A stretch of 25,894 nucleotides of DNA from an uncultured archaeon. GTDB lineage: Archaea > Asgardarchaeota > Lokiarchaeia > Sigyniarchaeales > SOKP01. The notes beneath the pieces are model-generated. The model did not search any database. It saw nothing but the letters and a program-made list of their open reading frames with translations, and was not told where the DNA came from. The stretch lies in assembly GCA_964493715.1 (NCBI GenBank), contig CAZBPC010000046.1, positions 1-25,894 on the forward strand, given 5' to 3'. This document shows, piece after piece, positions 8,968-18,439 of the stretch (the stretch's first letter is position 1; each line of letters begins with the position of its first letter). The translations under genes and the position numbers were made by a program.

Positions 8968-8980
8968 TTTTCTTTTTTTT
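8968..8980 (+). terminator. T-tract, probable archaeal intrinsic terminator
   Basis: ttttctttttttt directly after the TGA stop of the M32 gene. Confidence 0.45.
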
Positions 8981-9076
8981 ATTTTAAATTTAAAATATAC
9001 AATTTAAATTAGTAAGACTTAATTTTTACATTAACCTAAAAAAGATTATCAAAAACAAATAAAATACATTTATCAT

Positions 9077-9664
9077 ATGCTGTTACAAGTGAAAAAATAT
9101 TCTGAAAAACTCTTATTACCCTTAGCTCATAAACTTAAAATCATTCCTGCCAATGTATTTACGATTCTAGGTATGACTTTTGCCATAGCAACATTCATTG
9201 GATTTTATTTCCGAGCTTTACCATATATTATTACTTTTTTGTTTTTTGTAGAATTTTTTGATCAGCTTGATGGAACAATCGCACGAATTCAAGGAATTAC
9301 TGTTTATGGTGCTTTTTTAGATTCAACATTAGATAGGGTAGGTGATTTTTTCATTTTTGTTGGAACGATAATAGGCATGTATACCTCATTTGAAATAGGA
9401 TTAATAACACTGCTAGGAGCTTTTCTCACTTCTTATACGAGAGCGAGGATCGAAGCCTTAGGAGTCGAAAATTTATATGGTATTGGCTTACTAGAACGGA
9501 CTGATAGGATTCCGATACTATTAATAGGAACAATTCTTCAACTATGGTTTTTCTATGCTATTTGGTGGACAATGATCCTTTTAGCTATTGGAACAAATAT
9601 TACAGCGATTCAACGTATTATTTATGCTCATAAAAATTTTGCAAATCAAAAAGAGATTACTTAA
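9077..9664 (+). CDS. CDP-alcohol phosphatidyltransferase (archaetidylinositol-phosphate synthase / PgsA-like)
   Basis: Signature DQLDGTIAR...GAFLDSTLDRVGD, plus SYTRARIE and GLLERTDR as seen in AIP/PIP synthases. Confidence 0.92.
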   Translation: MLLQVKKYSEKLLLPLAHKLKIIPANVFTILGMTFAIATFIGFYFRALPYIITFLFFVEFFDQLDGTIARIQGITVYGAFLDSTLDRVGDFFIFVGTIIGMYTSFEIGLITLLGAFLTSYTRARIEALGVENLYGIGLLERTDRIPILLIGTILQLWFFYAIWWTMILLAIGTNITAIQRIIYAHKNFANQKEIT

Positions 9665-9826
9665 ATTTATTTATATTAACAAAAGTAAATACTCCATAGA
9701 AAAAGTCCGCCATAAAGAAGTTTCCTATAAATTTTAAAAAGGAATTCTTTCATTTTCAAGTCTAGATTTAAATAGACCTCCTATTATAATTTATTAAATT
9801 AAATCGATAATGAGACTTTAGATTCA

Positions 9827-10843
9827 ATGAAATCGATCAATGAAATTAATCTTAAACTCGCTATTTTAGGAGAAGGAGGGGTCGGGAAAACTTCACTTGT
9901 CAATTTATATTCTGGAAAATCATTTCCTAATATATACATTCCAACTATAGGAAGTAATATTACAAGAAAAGAATATAGATTAGAAGAAGAACATATAAGA
10001 GTTAATATATGGGATATTGGGGGTCAAAAATCATTTAATCCGTTAAATCCTTCCTTTTTTGCTAATATTGATGCTGCGTTTTTAGTATTTGATTTATCTA
10101 ATCCTAAAGAAAGCACTATTGAACTTCAAAAAGTTTATCTAAATCATATTAAAGAGAAGTCCCCAGATTGTGTGATAATTTATTTAGGAAATAAGTCTGA
10201 TTTAGTCAAACCCGAGTCCTTCGGAAGTTTAATGAATAATCTGTCCCAAAATCACCTTGATGAAAATTCTTTAATATTTACTTCCGCTAAAACTCAAGAT
10301 AATGTTGTTGAAGCTTTTGAGTTGATGATTTATAAATTCTTGAAAAAACTTGAATCAGAGGGTTTTACCAATCAATTCAAGAATATAATTCCTTCATTTT
10401 TAAAATCATTAAATAAGAAGGAAGAAGATCTAACAACAATATTAATTGATCTGGACTCAATAGATTCGAGTACGATTCATAAGAAAATTACACCAAAAAT
10501 TCGGAAAAAGGTCATATACGACTCATTAGAAGATATTAATGATATAGAAATCCTCGAAACTCCGGTAATTTCTATAAATAACAAATTACAATTAGAAAAA
10601 ATAAAAACTGATGTGATTAAAGCTTTTAACGAAAATTTTAAATTTATCAAAGATTTGATCCTTGATATAAAAAGTACACCTATAGATCAGCTTTTAAAAA
10701 AAATTGACAAAACTTCTTCAGATTTAGAAGTGTTAAAGGGCGATTTTGAATTAAAATTAAATACTGTTCTTAATTTGGAAGGTAAATTTCCTACCCCAGA
10801 ATTCGAAAATGATTCAAATGGAAAGAAAAGAGGTGAAGCATAA
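9827..10843 (+). CDS. Rab-like small GTPase with a C-terminal helical/coiled-coil extension
   Basis: G1 GEGGVGKTS, G2 YIPTIG, G3 IWDIGGQ, LVFD, G4 GNKSD and G5 TSAK, followed by a ~165-aa extension. Confidence 0.92.
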   Translation: MKSINEINLKLAILGEGGVGKTSLVNLYSGKSFPNIYIPTIGSNITRKEYRLEEEHIRVNIWDIGGQKSFNPLNPSFFANIDAAFLVFDLSNPKESTIELQKVYLNHIKEKSPDCVIIYLGNKSDLVKPESFGSLMNNLSQNHLDENSLIFTSAKTQDNVVEAFELMIYKFLKKLESEGFTNQFKNIIPSFLKSLNKKEEDLTTILIDLDSIDSSTIHKKITPKIRKKVIYDSLEDINDIEILETPVISINNKLQLEKIKTDVIKAFNENFKFIKDLILDIKSTPIDQLLKKIDKTSSDLEVLKGDFELKLNTVLNLEGKFPTPEFENDSNGKKRGEA

Positions 10844-10863
10844 TACCTAAAAAGATAGAGGAA

Positions 10864-11439
10864 TTGAACTTAAAAACGTTCCAAAAATTAGTAGATCAAG
10901 TGAATAAGCTTGCTGAAGAGAATAATGAATTGAAAAAAACACTCGAAATTGAGGTTAAGGATTTAAACGAAAAATTAGAATATCGAGCTAAGAAAAATGA
11001 AGATGAAATCACGCGTGAGACTCTAGAAATCAAGAAAATGCTTCATACAACCCAAGAAAGAATTGAAGAAACAATTAAAGTTCAAGAAGAAATTATAATG
11101 GATATGATAAAAAAATTTAATGACGAATTTTACAAACATAAATCAAATGTACTTGGAGATATTGAATCTATTAAGAATCAGCAGGATATTTTAAAAATTA
11201 CTTATACCATTAATGAAGCTAAACTTTTAGAGACGATTAAAACTGTTATAACTAAAGAACTTAGTAATAAAATTAAGGGTCAACAATCAGAGGCATTGAT
11301 GAGAATTTGGATAGAAGAATTCAAAGATATTATAAAGAAATTTGAAAAAATTAAAGATTTAACGCCCCAAGATTTTAATACTCATTTAGAGGAATTATCA
11401 AGTATCCTGAATTCATTTAAACTTAAAATTCAATTATAA
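10864..11439 (+). CDS. Coiled-coil protein of unknown function
   Basis: TTG start preceded by GAGG, 20 bp after the GTPase stop. The sequence is all-helical and heptad-rich. Confidence 0.75.
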   Translation: MNLKTFQKLVDQVNKLAEENNELKKTLEIEVKDLNEKLEYRAKKNEDEITRETLEIKKMLHTTQERIEETIKVQEEIIMDMIKKFNDEFYKHKSNVLGDIESIKNQQDILKITYTINEAKLLETIKTVITKELSNKIKGQQSEALMRIWIEEFKDIIKKFEKIKDLTPQDFNTHLEELSSILNSFKLKIQL

Positions 11440-11473
11440 AAAAAGATAAAATTGCTTAAAGATAAAAGTAACT

Positions 11474-12616
11474 TTACAATTTAATCTTTGGAGGAGGAAC
11501 AAACACCTTTCTTACTCCTTCTAACAAGGAAATAGCATTTTCTGGACAAAAGTGAGCACAAACTCCACATCCAATGCAAATATTCGGATTTCTTTCTGCC
11601 TTTCCTTCATCATTAAGTTTTATCGCGTCTGTAGGGCATCGTTCTACGCATGTTCCACAACCTACACATAAATCTTGATCTATATTGGATAGATAGTTAC
11701 TCCAATTAATCATTGGCATTGTACCTTTTTTCCATAGATTAAATGTTCCACAACAGTCTTTACAACAATTGCATATACTAGTTTCTTCCTTAGAAATATT
11801 TCCTTGAGGGTGATATACTTTATGAACAAGACCTGCTTCTGCTGCATCCTCAATCAATTTTAAAGCCTCTTGTTGCGTAATCATTCGAGCAAATCCATGT
11901 TCAGAAGTAAATCGTGCAGACTTGCCTAAAGTGAAACAAACTTCTCTAGGAGCATTAAATTCACATGAATGTCCTAATAGATCTTGATGTTGTCGACAAA
12001 AACAATGCCCCACTGCAATATCTTCAAAACTTTTAATTATTTCAGAAATATCTTGTTTGGGGAGGATCATTTCTTCAGGTGAATCTATTTCTTGGTTAAT
12101 TTCTATTTTTATATCCTCACCCACATTAGTTTTTAAGATGGGGATTGTTCTATCTATTGGAGGAACCGTGGAAAAAGCAGGCATGAACATCTCATATTTA
12201 TCTTGGATTATATCTCTTATTTCCTCAAATAATTTCTCAAATAAAATTGCTACTTTCTTTTCCTCTTCACTATATGTAATCTTTTTCATTAGAAAATATT
12301 CAAATATTCCAATGAATATGGGTGGTAACAGGCGATATATCACAAGACCACTCGAACTCGTGGATTTAAACACAGCTCCTTTATCAGTTAAAGGTTCGAT
12401 TATTCTTATGATATCTTCTTTATCCATGTTACTACTTTTTATTAATTCATCTATAGTCTGAGATTTTTTCCTTTTAAATGTTTTAATGATAAACTCAAGT
12501 TCTTCTTTCGTGTACAAAATTTTGAGCAGTTCTTTAAGTGTATCAGTAATAGGAAAGGGAAGCATCCCAGCTTTTATAATTATATTTCCTGCTTTATTGT
12601 ATATCTCATCTGACAT
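11474..12616 (-). CDS. 4Fe-4S dicluster ferredoxin-domain protein with an N-terminal winged-helix-like region and extra Cys clusters
   Basis: CVGCGTCVERCP and CIGCGVCAHFCP at the C-terminus, plus CFCR...C...C and ICNCCKDCC motifs. ATG 12616 (MSDEI) is preferred over the TTG at 12625. Confidence 0.88.
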   Translation of the reverse strand: MSDEIYNKAGNIIIKAGMLPFPITDTLKELLKILYTKEELEFIIKTFKRKKSQTIDELIKSSNMDKEDIIRIIEPLTDKGAVFKSTSSSGLVIYRLLPPIFIGIFEYFLMKKITYSEEEKKVAILFEKLFEEIRDIIQDKYEMFMPAFSTVPPIDRTIPILKTNVGEDIKIEINQEIDSPEEMILPKQDISEIIKSFEDIAVGHCFCRQHQDLLGHSCEFNAPREVCFTLGKSARFTSEHGFARMITQQEALKLIEDAAEAGLVHKVYHPQGNISKEETSICNCCKDCCGTFNLWKKGTMPMINWSNYLSNIDQDLCVGCGTCVERCPTDAIKLNDEGKAERNPNICIGCGVCAHFCPENAISLLEGVRKVFVPPPKIKL

Positions 12617-12901
12617 TTTTATCAATGTAAATTTAGTTACTATTTTATAATAATTATTATACTTAATTTGATAAAATCCTATATAATTTTAATAATAATT
12701 GATTATAGTTGATTAATTTGGAAAATTTGGTTTAGTGACATAATTTGCTAAATTTATACTACAAATTATGATTTAGATTTCCACTTCTTAATGAAATTAC
12801 TTCTTAAAAGAATAATTTTTGGTTAATAAATATGTTAAAATTCTATATTCCCAAATTATTTCATATAAATCTTAAAAATTTTATAATTAGGTTGAGAATT
12901 T

Positions 12902-14224
12902 ATGCAAAATGTATTAATCATCGGTCATGGCGCTCGAGAGCATGTAATTGGAGAGTCACTTGTTAATTCAGGAGGTAAATTACATGCATTCATGAGTTTT
13001 AAGAACGCCGGATTAGAAGATTTATCCGAAGGGAGAATAAAAATCCATTCTGAGACAGATTTTAAAGAAATCATTGAGTTCTGTAAAGAAAAAAAAATTG
13101 ACTTCGTTGTAATAGGTCCAGAAGCCCCGCTTGTAATAGGAATAGTTGATGCTATACAAAAACATCATATCCCTTGTATTGGTCCAAGTATTGAAGCCGC
13201 TCAGCTTGAAGGTTCTAAAATATTTACAAGAGAATTGCTCGAAAAATATAAAATTGGTTCAAATATCAAAAGTAAAGTGTTTAGTTCAATAGATGGTGTT
13301 GAATCTTATTTAAACGAAGTAGGTGATGAAAACATAGTCGTAAAACCAGATGGCCTCACCGGTGGAAAAGGTGTGAAAGTTTATGGAGACCATCTCTTTT
13401 CACGTGAAGACATTTTGGAATATTGCCGAGAGATAGTATTGACAAAGAGCCCTTTTATTATAGAAGAAAAATGTTATGGTGAAGAATTCACACTTCAAAC
13501 TTTTGTTGATGGAAAGAATGTAATTGGTACTCCGATTGTTCAAGATCATAAAAGAGCGTTCGAAAACGACACTGGCCCCAACACTGGAGGCATGGGGAGC
13601 TATTCGATGAATGATCACCTTATGCCTTTTATTTCACAAGAAGATGTAAATGAAGCACTTGAAGATATGAAAAAAGTTGTAGCAGCAACAAAAGCGGAAA
13701 CTGGAGTGGAATATAAAGGAATTTTATATGGTGGATTTATGAAAACTGCAAAAGGGTTAAAATTGATTGAATTCAATTCTCGGTTTGGAGACCCCGAGGC
13801 GATGAATGTTCTTCCATTGCTCAATGGAAACTTTATTGATATATGTTGGTCGATTATTAATGGGGCTTTGTCTAAGAATTTCAATTTTAAAAACCAAGCA
13901 ACAGTTTGCAAATATTTAGCTCCGGAAGGATATCCCGTTAATCCTAAAAAAGATCAACTAATTAAAATTGATAGGGAGAAACTTAATACAATTGGAGCGA
14001 AATTTTATTATGCATCAGTTTATCGGGAAAACAATAATATTTTTACAACTTCTTCAAGGGCAATGGGCATCTTAGGTATTGCGGATGATTTACAGAAAGC
14101 AGAAAAAATTGCGGAAGAGGGTGTAAAATGCGTGCAAGGTCAATTATTTCATCGAAGAGATATAGGAACTTTAAAGCTACTCCAAAAAAGGATTAACCAT
14201 ATGAATTCACTTCTAAATATCTGA
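12902..14224 (+). CDS. purD: Phosphoribosylamine--glycine ligase (GAR synthetase)
   Basis: GHGAREH, VIGPEAPL, AAQLEGSK, VVKPDGLTGGKGV, QDHKR, GPNTGGMG and IEFNSRFGDPE. Confidence 0.97.
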   Translation: MQNVLIIGHGAREHVIGESLVNSGGKLHAFMSFKNAGLEDLSEGRIKIHSETDFKEIIEFCKEKKIDFVVIGPEAPLVIGIVDAIQKHHIPCIGPSIEAAQLEGSKIFTRELLEKYKIGSNIKSKVFSSIDGVESYLNEVGDENIVVKPDGLTGGKGVKVYGDHLFSREDILEYCREIVLTKSPFIIEEKCYGEEFTLQTFVDGKNVIGTPIVQDHKRAFENDTGPNTGGMGSYSMNDHLMPFISQEDVNEALEDMKKVVAATKAETGVEYKGILYGGFMKTAKGLKLIEFNSRFGDPEAMNVLPLLNGNFIDICWSIINGALSKNFNFKNQATVCKYLAPEGYPVNPKKDQLIKIDREKLNTIGAKFYYASVYRENNNIFTTSSRAMGILGIADDLQKAEKIAEEGVKCVQGQLFHRRDIGTLKLLQKRINHMNSLLNI

Positions 14225-14292
14225 TTTAGGATTAAACATAGTTTTTATATTTTATAAAGAGTAGATTATAATAAAATCTTTCTTACACTTAA

Positions 14293-14784
14293 TTGAGAAT
14301 GGATTGGAATGTTTTAAATGAAAATTTTAATGCACTGATAAAACAATTATTTCATGCAAAAGAATGGGAAAGTCGTGCTGGAGCAGCTCAACAATTAGGT
14401 CTGCTAAAAGATGGTAGGGCAGTAAATCTCTTGTGTAGGGCTTTAAAATCAGAAAAAGACAATTCTGTTATAATTCGAATAATTGAAGCATTAGGAAGAA
14501 TAGGAAATGCAAAGGCTACTCTTAGAATAATCGAAAAGTTAAAAAATGAAACAGCCAAGCAAGAGTTTGATAAAAGAACCGTATTAATCATAATTGAAAG
14601 TTTAACGCGAATTAAAGATAAACGTGCATTACCCTACTTGAGCAAATTTCTAACCTCCAGATATGAAGAAATTAAACAAATGACTGAAAAAGCATTTGAT
14701 GAAATCGAACCTCGATGGAATGACATAATTAATGAAGCTGGACGTAAAAAAACAATTGAAGAAATTTTTAATTCAAAATACTAA
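14293..14784 (+). CDS. HEAT-repeat (PBS-lyase HEAT-like) protein
   Basis: RAGAAQQLGLLKDGRAVNLLCRAL, IIEALGRIGNAKA and SLTRIKDKRALPYL. The start is TTG 14293 or ATG 14299. Confidence 0.85.
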   Translation: MRMDWNVLNENFNALIKQLFHAKEWESRAGAAQQLGLLKDGRAVNLLCRALKSEKDNSVIIRIIEALGRIGNAKATLRIIEKLKNETAKQEFDKRTVLIIIESLTRIKDKRALPYLSKFLTSRYEEIKQMTEKAFDEIEPRWNDIINEAGRKKTIEEIFNSKY

Positions 14785-14854
14785 AAAATTAAAACAGTAT
14801 ATTTAATTCGCATAATTCTCTCAAAAATGTCATCTATAATTAAAATCAAATAAA

Positions 14855-15463
14855 TTAAATTGAATTTTTATAAAATTTTTCAAAATATTTCTTCCCTTTT
14901 CGAATTTCTCGCACTGATAGATTGATGCGAAACGTTTTTTTAAGTATTCCTTTAAGAGATATTATTGATAAAGCATAAATTATACCACTGATCAAACTGG
15001 TTGGAGATCTCATCATTAATATAGAAAGTATAAATCCAATAATTATTGATGCATTTAAGAAATAAGCAAGATATAATCTCTTCCCATAATATTCCATAAA
15101 ATTTTTATTTTTAAGCGATTCATAACACATACAACAAATCAATGGTATTTCAATTTTGAATTTCTCTTGGGAGTATAATTTTTGGATAACAGTCAACATC
15201 CTATCAATTTGGCTTCCACATAATTTACATTTGAAAGCAACCATACTTAGCCTATCAGCTTCAATTTTATCAATTTCAGCTTTAGGAAAGAAACATTCAT
15301 CATTGATATAGTGATGACAAGTTATACACGTCAAATCTTTTTCCATTTGAATTTCTTGTTGCCTATTTTTACCAGGCATTATAAAGAAAGGATATTTCGT
15401 ATGTCTTTGACAAATTACTCGTCCTTTTTCATCAATTTCAAAAGTTGGATCTATGATCGACAT
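14855..15463 (-). CDS. Hypothetical Cys-rich (putative Zn-binding) protein with a C-terminal TM hairpin
   Basis: CQRH, CITCHH...C, CKLC and CCMC motifs, then two hydrophobic segments and a basic tail. Confidence 0.75.
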   Translation of the reverse strand: MSIIDPTFEIDEKGRVICQRHTKYPFFIMPGKNRQQEIQMEKDLTCITCHHYINDECFFPKAEIDKIEADRLSMVAFKCKLCGSQIDRMLTVIQKLYSQEKFKIEIPLICCMCYESLKNKNFMEYYGKRLYLAYFLNASIIIGFILSILMMRSPTSLISGIIYALSIISLKGILKKTFRINLSVREIRKGKKYFEKFYKNSI

Positions 15464-15538
15464 TTTTTTTTCTTCTTAATCCTAAAGAAATTATAAATTG
15501 TTTTAGAATAATTATTTAATTGTAATAGAAATTAAGTA

Positions 15539-15545
15539 AGGTGAT
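15539..15545 (+). promoter_or_regulatory. Shine-Dalgarno motif of the histidine kinase gene
   Basis: AGGTGAT ends 5 nt before ATG 15551 and is complementary to the archaeal 16S 3' end. Confidence 0.55.
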
Positions 15546-15550
15546 TTTTA

Positions 15551-18325
15551 ATGACAATTAAATCAACTCAAAATTATGAAATTGATCAAATTTTATCAGA
15601 AAACATTGATGAATTAATATACATCTTAAATACTGATTTGATTTGTGAGTATATAAACGAAGATTATCACAAAAAAATAATTGGGTATTCTGCTCTATCG
15701 AAAAAATTTACCAATTTTATCCATAATCAAGATTTAAAAAAAATATCTAAATTTCTTAAAAAAGTGTTAAATGGAGACATAGCAATAGAACAAGTAAGAA
15801 TTCTTTGCAAATCGGATTATAAATATTATGAATTAAAGGGCAAGAAATTCTTGGATAATTCTAATGAAGAAAAAGTATTGTTAATATGTAGGGATATTAG
15901 TAAATATAAAGAAGCAGAAGAAAAGTGGATTAATCGTCATGATCGCCTTAAAAATGTCACTAATAATTTACCAGAAGTTAGGTATTGGAATTTATTACAA
16001 TCAAAAAGTATCAAAACTGATTTTCAAAAAACAAGAGAAATGTTAGATCTTGTAATTGACAGCATTCCTCAATTTATTTACTGGAAAGATGTGGATTTAA
16101 AATATTTAGGGTGTAATGCTAAATATGCAATTGTTAATAAGCTCGAAGATCAAAATGCACTAATTGGTAAGGTTGATTTAGATCTTAGATGGCCCAAAAG
16201 CAATATTGCACATATTCGAGAAAGTGAAGAAAGAGTAATTAAGAATAACCAGAGTGAAAAATCTATAGAAACCTGGGCATTTGATGAAGAAGAAAAAGTT
16301 TGGTTTGAAGTAAATAGAATTCCTTTACATAATCTCGAGGATAATGTAATCGGGATTCTCTCAACATATAATGATATTACAGAAAGATTATTAGCACAAA
16401 AGCGAATTCAAGAATCTGAAGTAAGATATCGAAGTATTTTAGAAAACATCTCTGAAGGATATTTTGAGCTGGATTTAAAAGGAAATTTCACATTCTGTAA
16501 TTCAGCTTTTTGTAAAATCCTTGGATATTCAAAAGAAGAGATAATTAATTCAAATTATAGTAATTTCGCTTATCTTGATGACAAATCGAACATAATTTCT
16601 GATTTTAATGAAGTATATAATACTAAAAAGAGTAAGCGATATCTTAAATATCGATCAATTAAGAAGAATGGTCAAGATATTATTACAGAATTTTCCGTTA
16701 ATTTAAAATATGATATGACGGAAAATGTCGTTGGATTTTTTGGTATTTGTCAAGAAATAACTGAAAAATATAAGTTAGAACAAGAACTCAAGCAATCTGA
16801 AGAAAAATACCGACTCATATCAGAAAATGCCTATGATCTCATTGCTATTGTGAATAATAAGTTTCAAATTGAATACATTAATGATCAACCTTGTTTCAAA
16901 ACGTTAGGATATAAAAGTAACGAATTAATTGATAAATCAGTCTTAAATTTAGTCCATCCAGATGATTTAGAGTCGTCTAAGAAAAGTATGATTGCGGGTT
17001 TAAAATCAGGAAAAGAGACACTTGAATTAAAAGTAAAACACAAGAATGGCAAATGGATTTGGATTGATGCTAAAGGAAATTTATTTAAAGATGCTGAGGG
17101 AGATTTTAAAGGAATCGTAATAGGTCGAAATATAACAGAACGCAAACAATATGAACAAGAATTATTAAACTTAAATCGAGAGTTGGAACAGATAGTGCTT
17201 TCGCGTACAAAAGAACTAAGAGAGTCTGAAGAGAAATTTCGCCATTTATATGAGAGTTCACCTTACGGAATTGTGGTGATCGATAATAATGGAATTATCC
17301 TAGATATAAATTCTACAGTATCATTATTATTTGGCTATAGTAAAACCGATTTGATTGGTCAAAATTATCTTAAACTCTTAAATATATACCCCGAAGATAC
17401 ATTTTCTGCTATACAACATATTAATGATTTAATATTTAAGAAGAAAGATCCCAAAATTAAAATAAATATAACAAAAATATATAAGAAGGATGGATCTCCT
17501 TCTTGGGTGCAATCTGAGTTGTCAAGACTAAAAATTGGCTCCGAAAATGTAGTTCAAATTATAGTGCAAGACGTGACTGAAAAGAAAATAGCTGAAGAAA
17601 AATTAAGAGAACAGAACATTGAATTAAAGGAATTAGATAAATTGAAAACTGATTTTATTAGCATTGCGGCTCATGAGCTTAAAACTCCATTAATTTCTAT
17701 TGGGGGATATGTTGATTTAATTTTATTACGAGAAGAAAATCTAAAAATTGAAGTAAAGAAAGACTTAGAACGTGTACTGAATAATGTTAGAAGATTAGAA
17801 GATTATATAAACAAACTATTAGATGTTATGAAAATAGATGCTAAGAAAATGATATTAGATCTCAACCTTGAAAAAGTTGATTTACTTTTATCTGAAATCA
17901 TCAATGAGCTTCATTTTCAAATCGTCAATAAAAATTTAAAAATAATTAATGAAGTTAAAAATAATATCGAATTAAATGTTGATCGATTTCGAATATCTCA
18001 AGTATTTTTTAATTTGCTATCAAATGCTATAAAATTCTCGAAGGATAATGATAAGATTGAAATCTCAGCAAGTTATCAAGAAAATGAAATTTTATTTAAA
18101 ATAAAGGATTATGGAAAAGGAATGACTGGAACAGAAATTAGCAAATTATTCGGAAAATTTGTAACAATGGATCAAGATGCTGAAACATTTTCAACATTCG
18201 AGAAAGGCAGTGGATTAGGTTTATATATTGCAAAAGGAATAATAGAGACCCATGGGGGACGAATTTGGGTAATCTCTCAAGGTTTAGATAAAGGTTGTGA
18301 GTTTTTTTTCACAATTCCAATCTAA
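15551..18325 (+). CDS. Cytoplasmic multi-PAS (about five PAS/PAC) sensor histidine kinase
   Basis: Repeated PAC ends (RDISKYK, NDITER, QEITEK, RNITERK, QDVTEKK), H-box AAHELKTPL, N-box NLLSNAIKF, G1 DYGKG and G2 GSGLGL. No TM segments. Confidence 0.95.
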   Translation: MTIKSTQNYEIDQILSENIDELIYILNTDLICEYINEDYHKKIIGYSALSKKFTNFIHNQDLKKISKFLKKVLNGDIAIEQVRILCKSDYKYYELKGKKFLDNSNEEKVLLICRDISKYKEAEEKWINRHDRLKNVTNNLPEVRYWNLLQSKSIKTDFQKTREMLDLVIDSIPQFIYWKDVDLKYLGCNAKYAIVNKLEDQNALIGKVDLDLRWPKSNIAHIRESEERVIKNNQSEKSIETWAFDEEEKVWFEVNRIPLHNLEDNVIGILSTYNDITERLLAQKRIQESEVRYRSILENISEGYFELDLKGNFTFCNSAFCKILGYSKEEIINSNYSNFAYLDDKSNIISDFNEVYNTKKSKRYLKYRSIKKNGQDIITEFSVNLKYDMTENVVGFFGICQEITEKYKLEQELKQSEEKYRLISENAYDLIAIVNNKFQIEYINDQPCFKTLGYKSNELIDKSVLNLVHPDDLESSKKSMIAGLKSGKETLELKVKHKNGKWIWIDAKGNLFKDAEGDFKGIVIGRNITERKQYEQELLNLNRELEQIVLSRTKELRESEEKFRHLYESSPYGIVVIDNNGIILDINSTVSLLFGYSKTDLIGQNYLKLLNIYPEDTFSAIQHINDLIFKKKDPKIKINITKIYKKDGSPSWVQSELSRLKIGSENVVQIIVQDVTEKKIAEEKLREQNIELKELDKLKTDFISIAAHELKTPLISIGGYVDLILLREENLKIEVKKDLERVLNNVRRLEDYINKLLDVMKIDAKKMILDLNLEKVDLLLSEIINELHFQIVNKNLKIINEVKNNIELNVDRFRISQVFFNLLSNAIKFSKDNDKIEISASYQENEILFKIKDYGKGMTGTEISKLFGKFVTMDQDAETFSTFEKGSGLGLYIAKGIIETHGGRIWVISQGLDKGCEFFFTIPI

Positions 18326-18333
18326 GTTAACAA

Positions 18334-18347
18334 TTTTTTTCTTTTTT
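18334..18347 (+). terminator. T-tract, probable archaeal intrinsic terminator
   Basis: tttttttctttttt begins 9 nt after the kinase stop codon. Confidence 0.4.
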
Positions 18348-18439
18348 AATACATAATAAATAGAAATTTTAAGCTGAGATTTTATTTATATTCTAAATCA
18401 AAGAAATTAAACTTAAAAGATTGTAGAAAATCGGATTAA

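Noticed and set aside
9077-9664. AIP-synthase-like gene plus the PIG-L deacetylase as evidence for a GPI-anchor-like pathway
   Set aside because: The genes are about 14 kb apart, both families are widespread in archaea with other roles, and no glycosyltransferase or transamidase genes are in the window.
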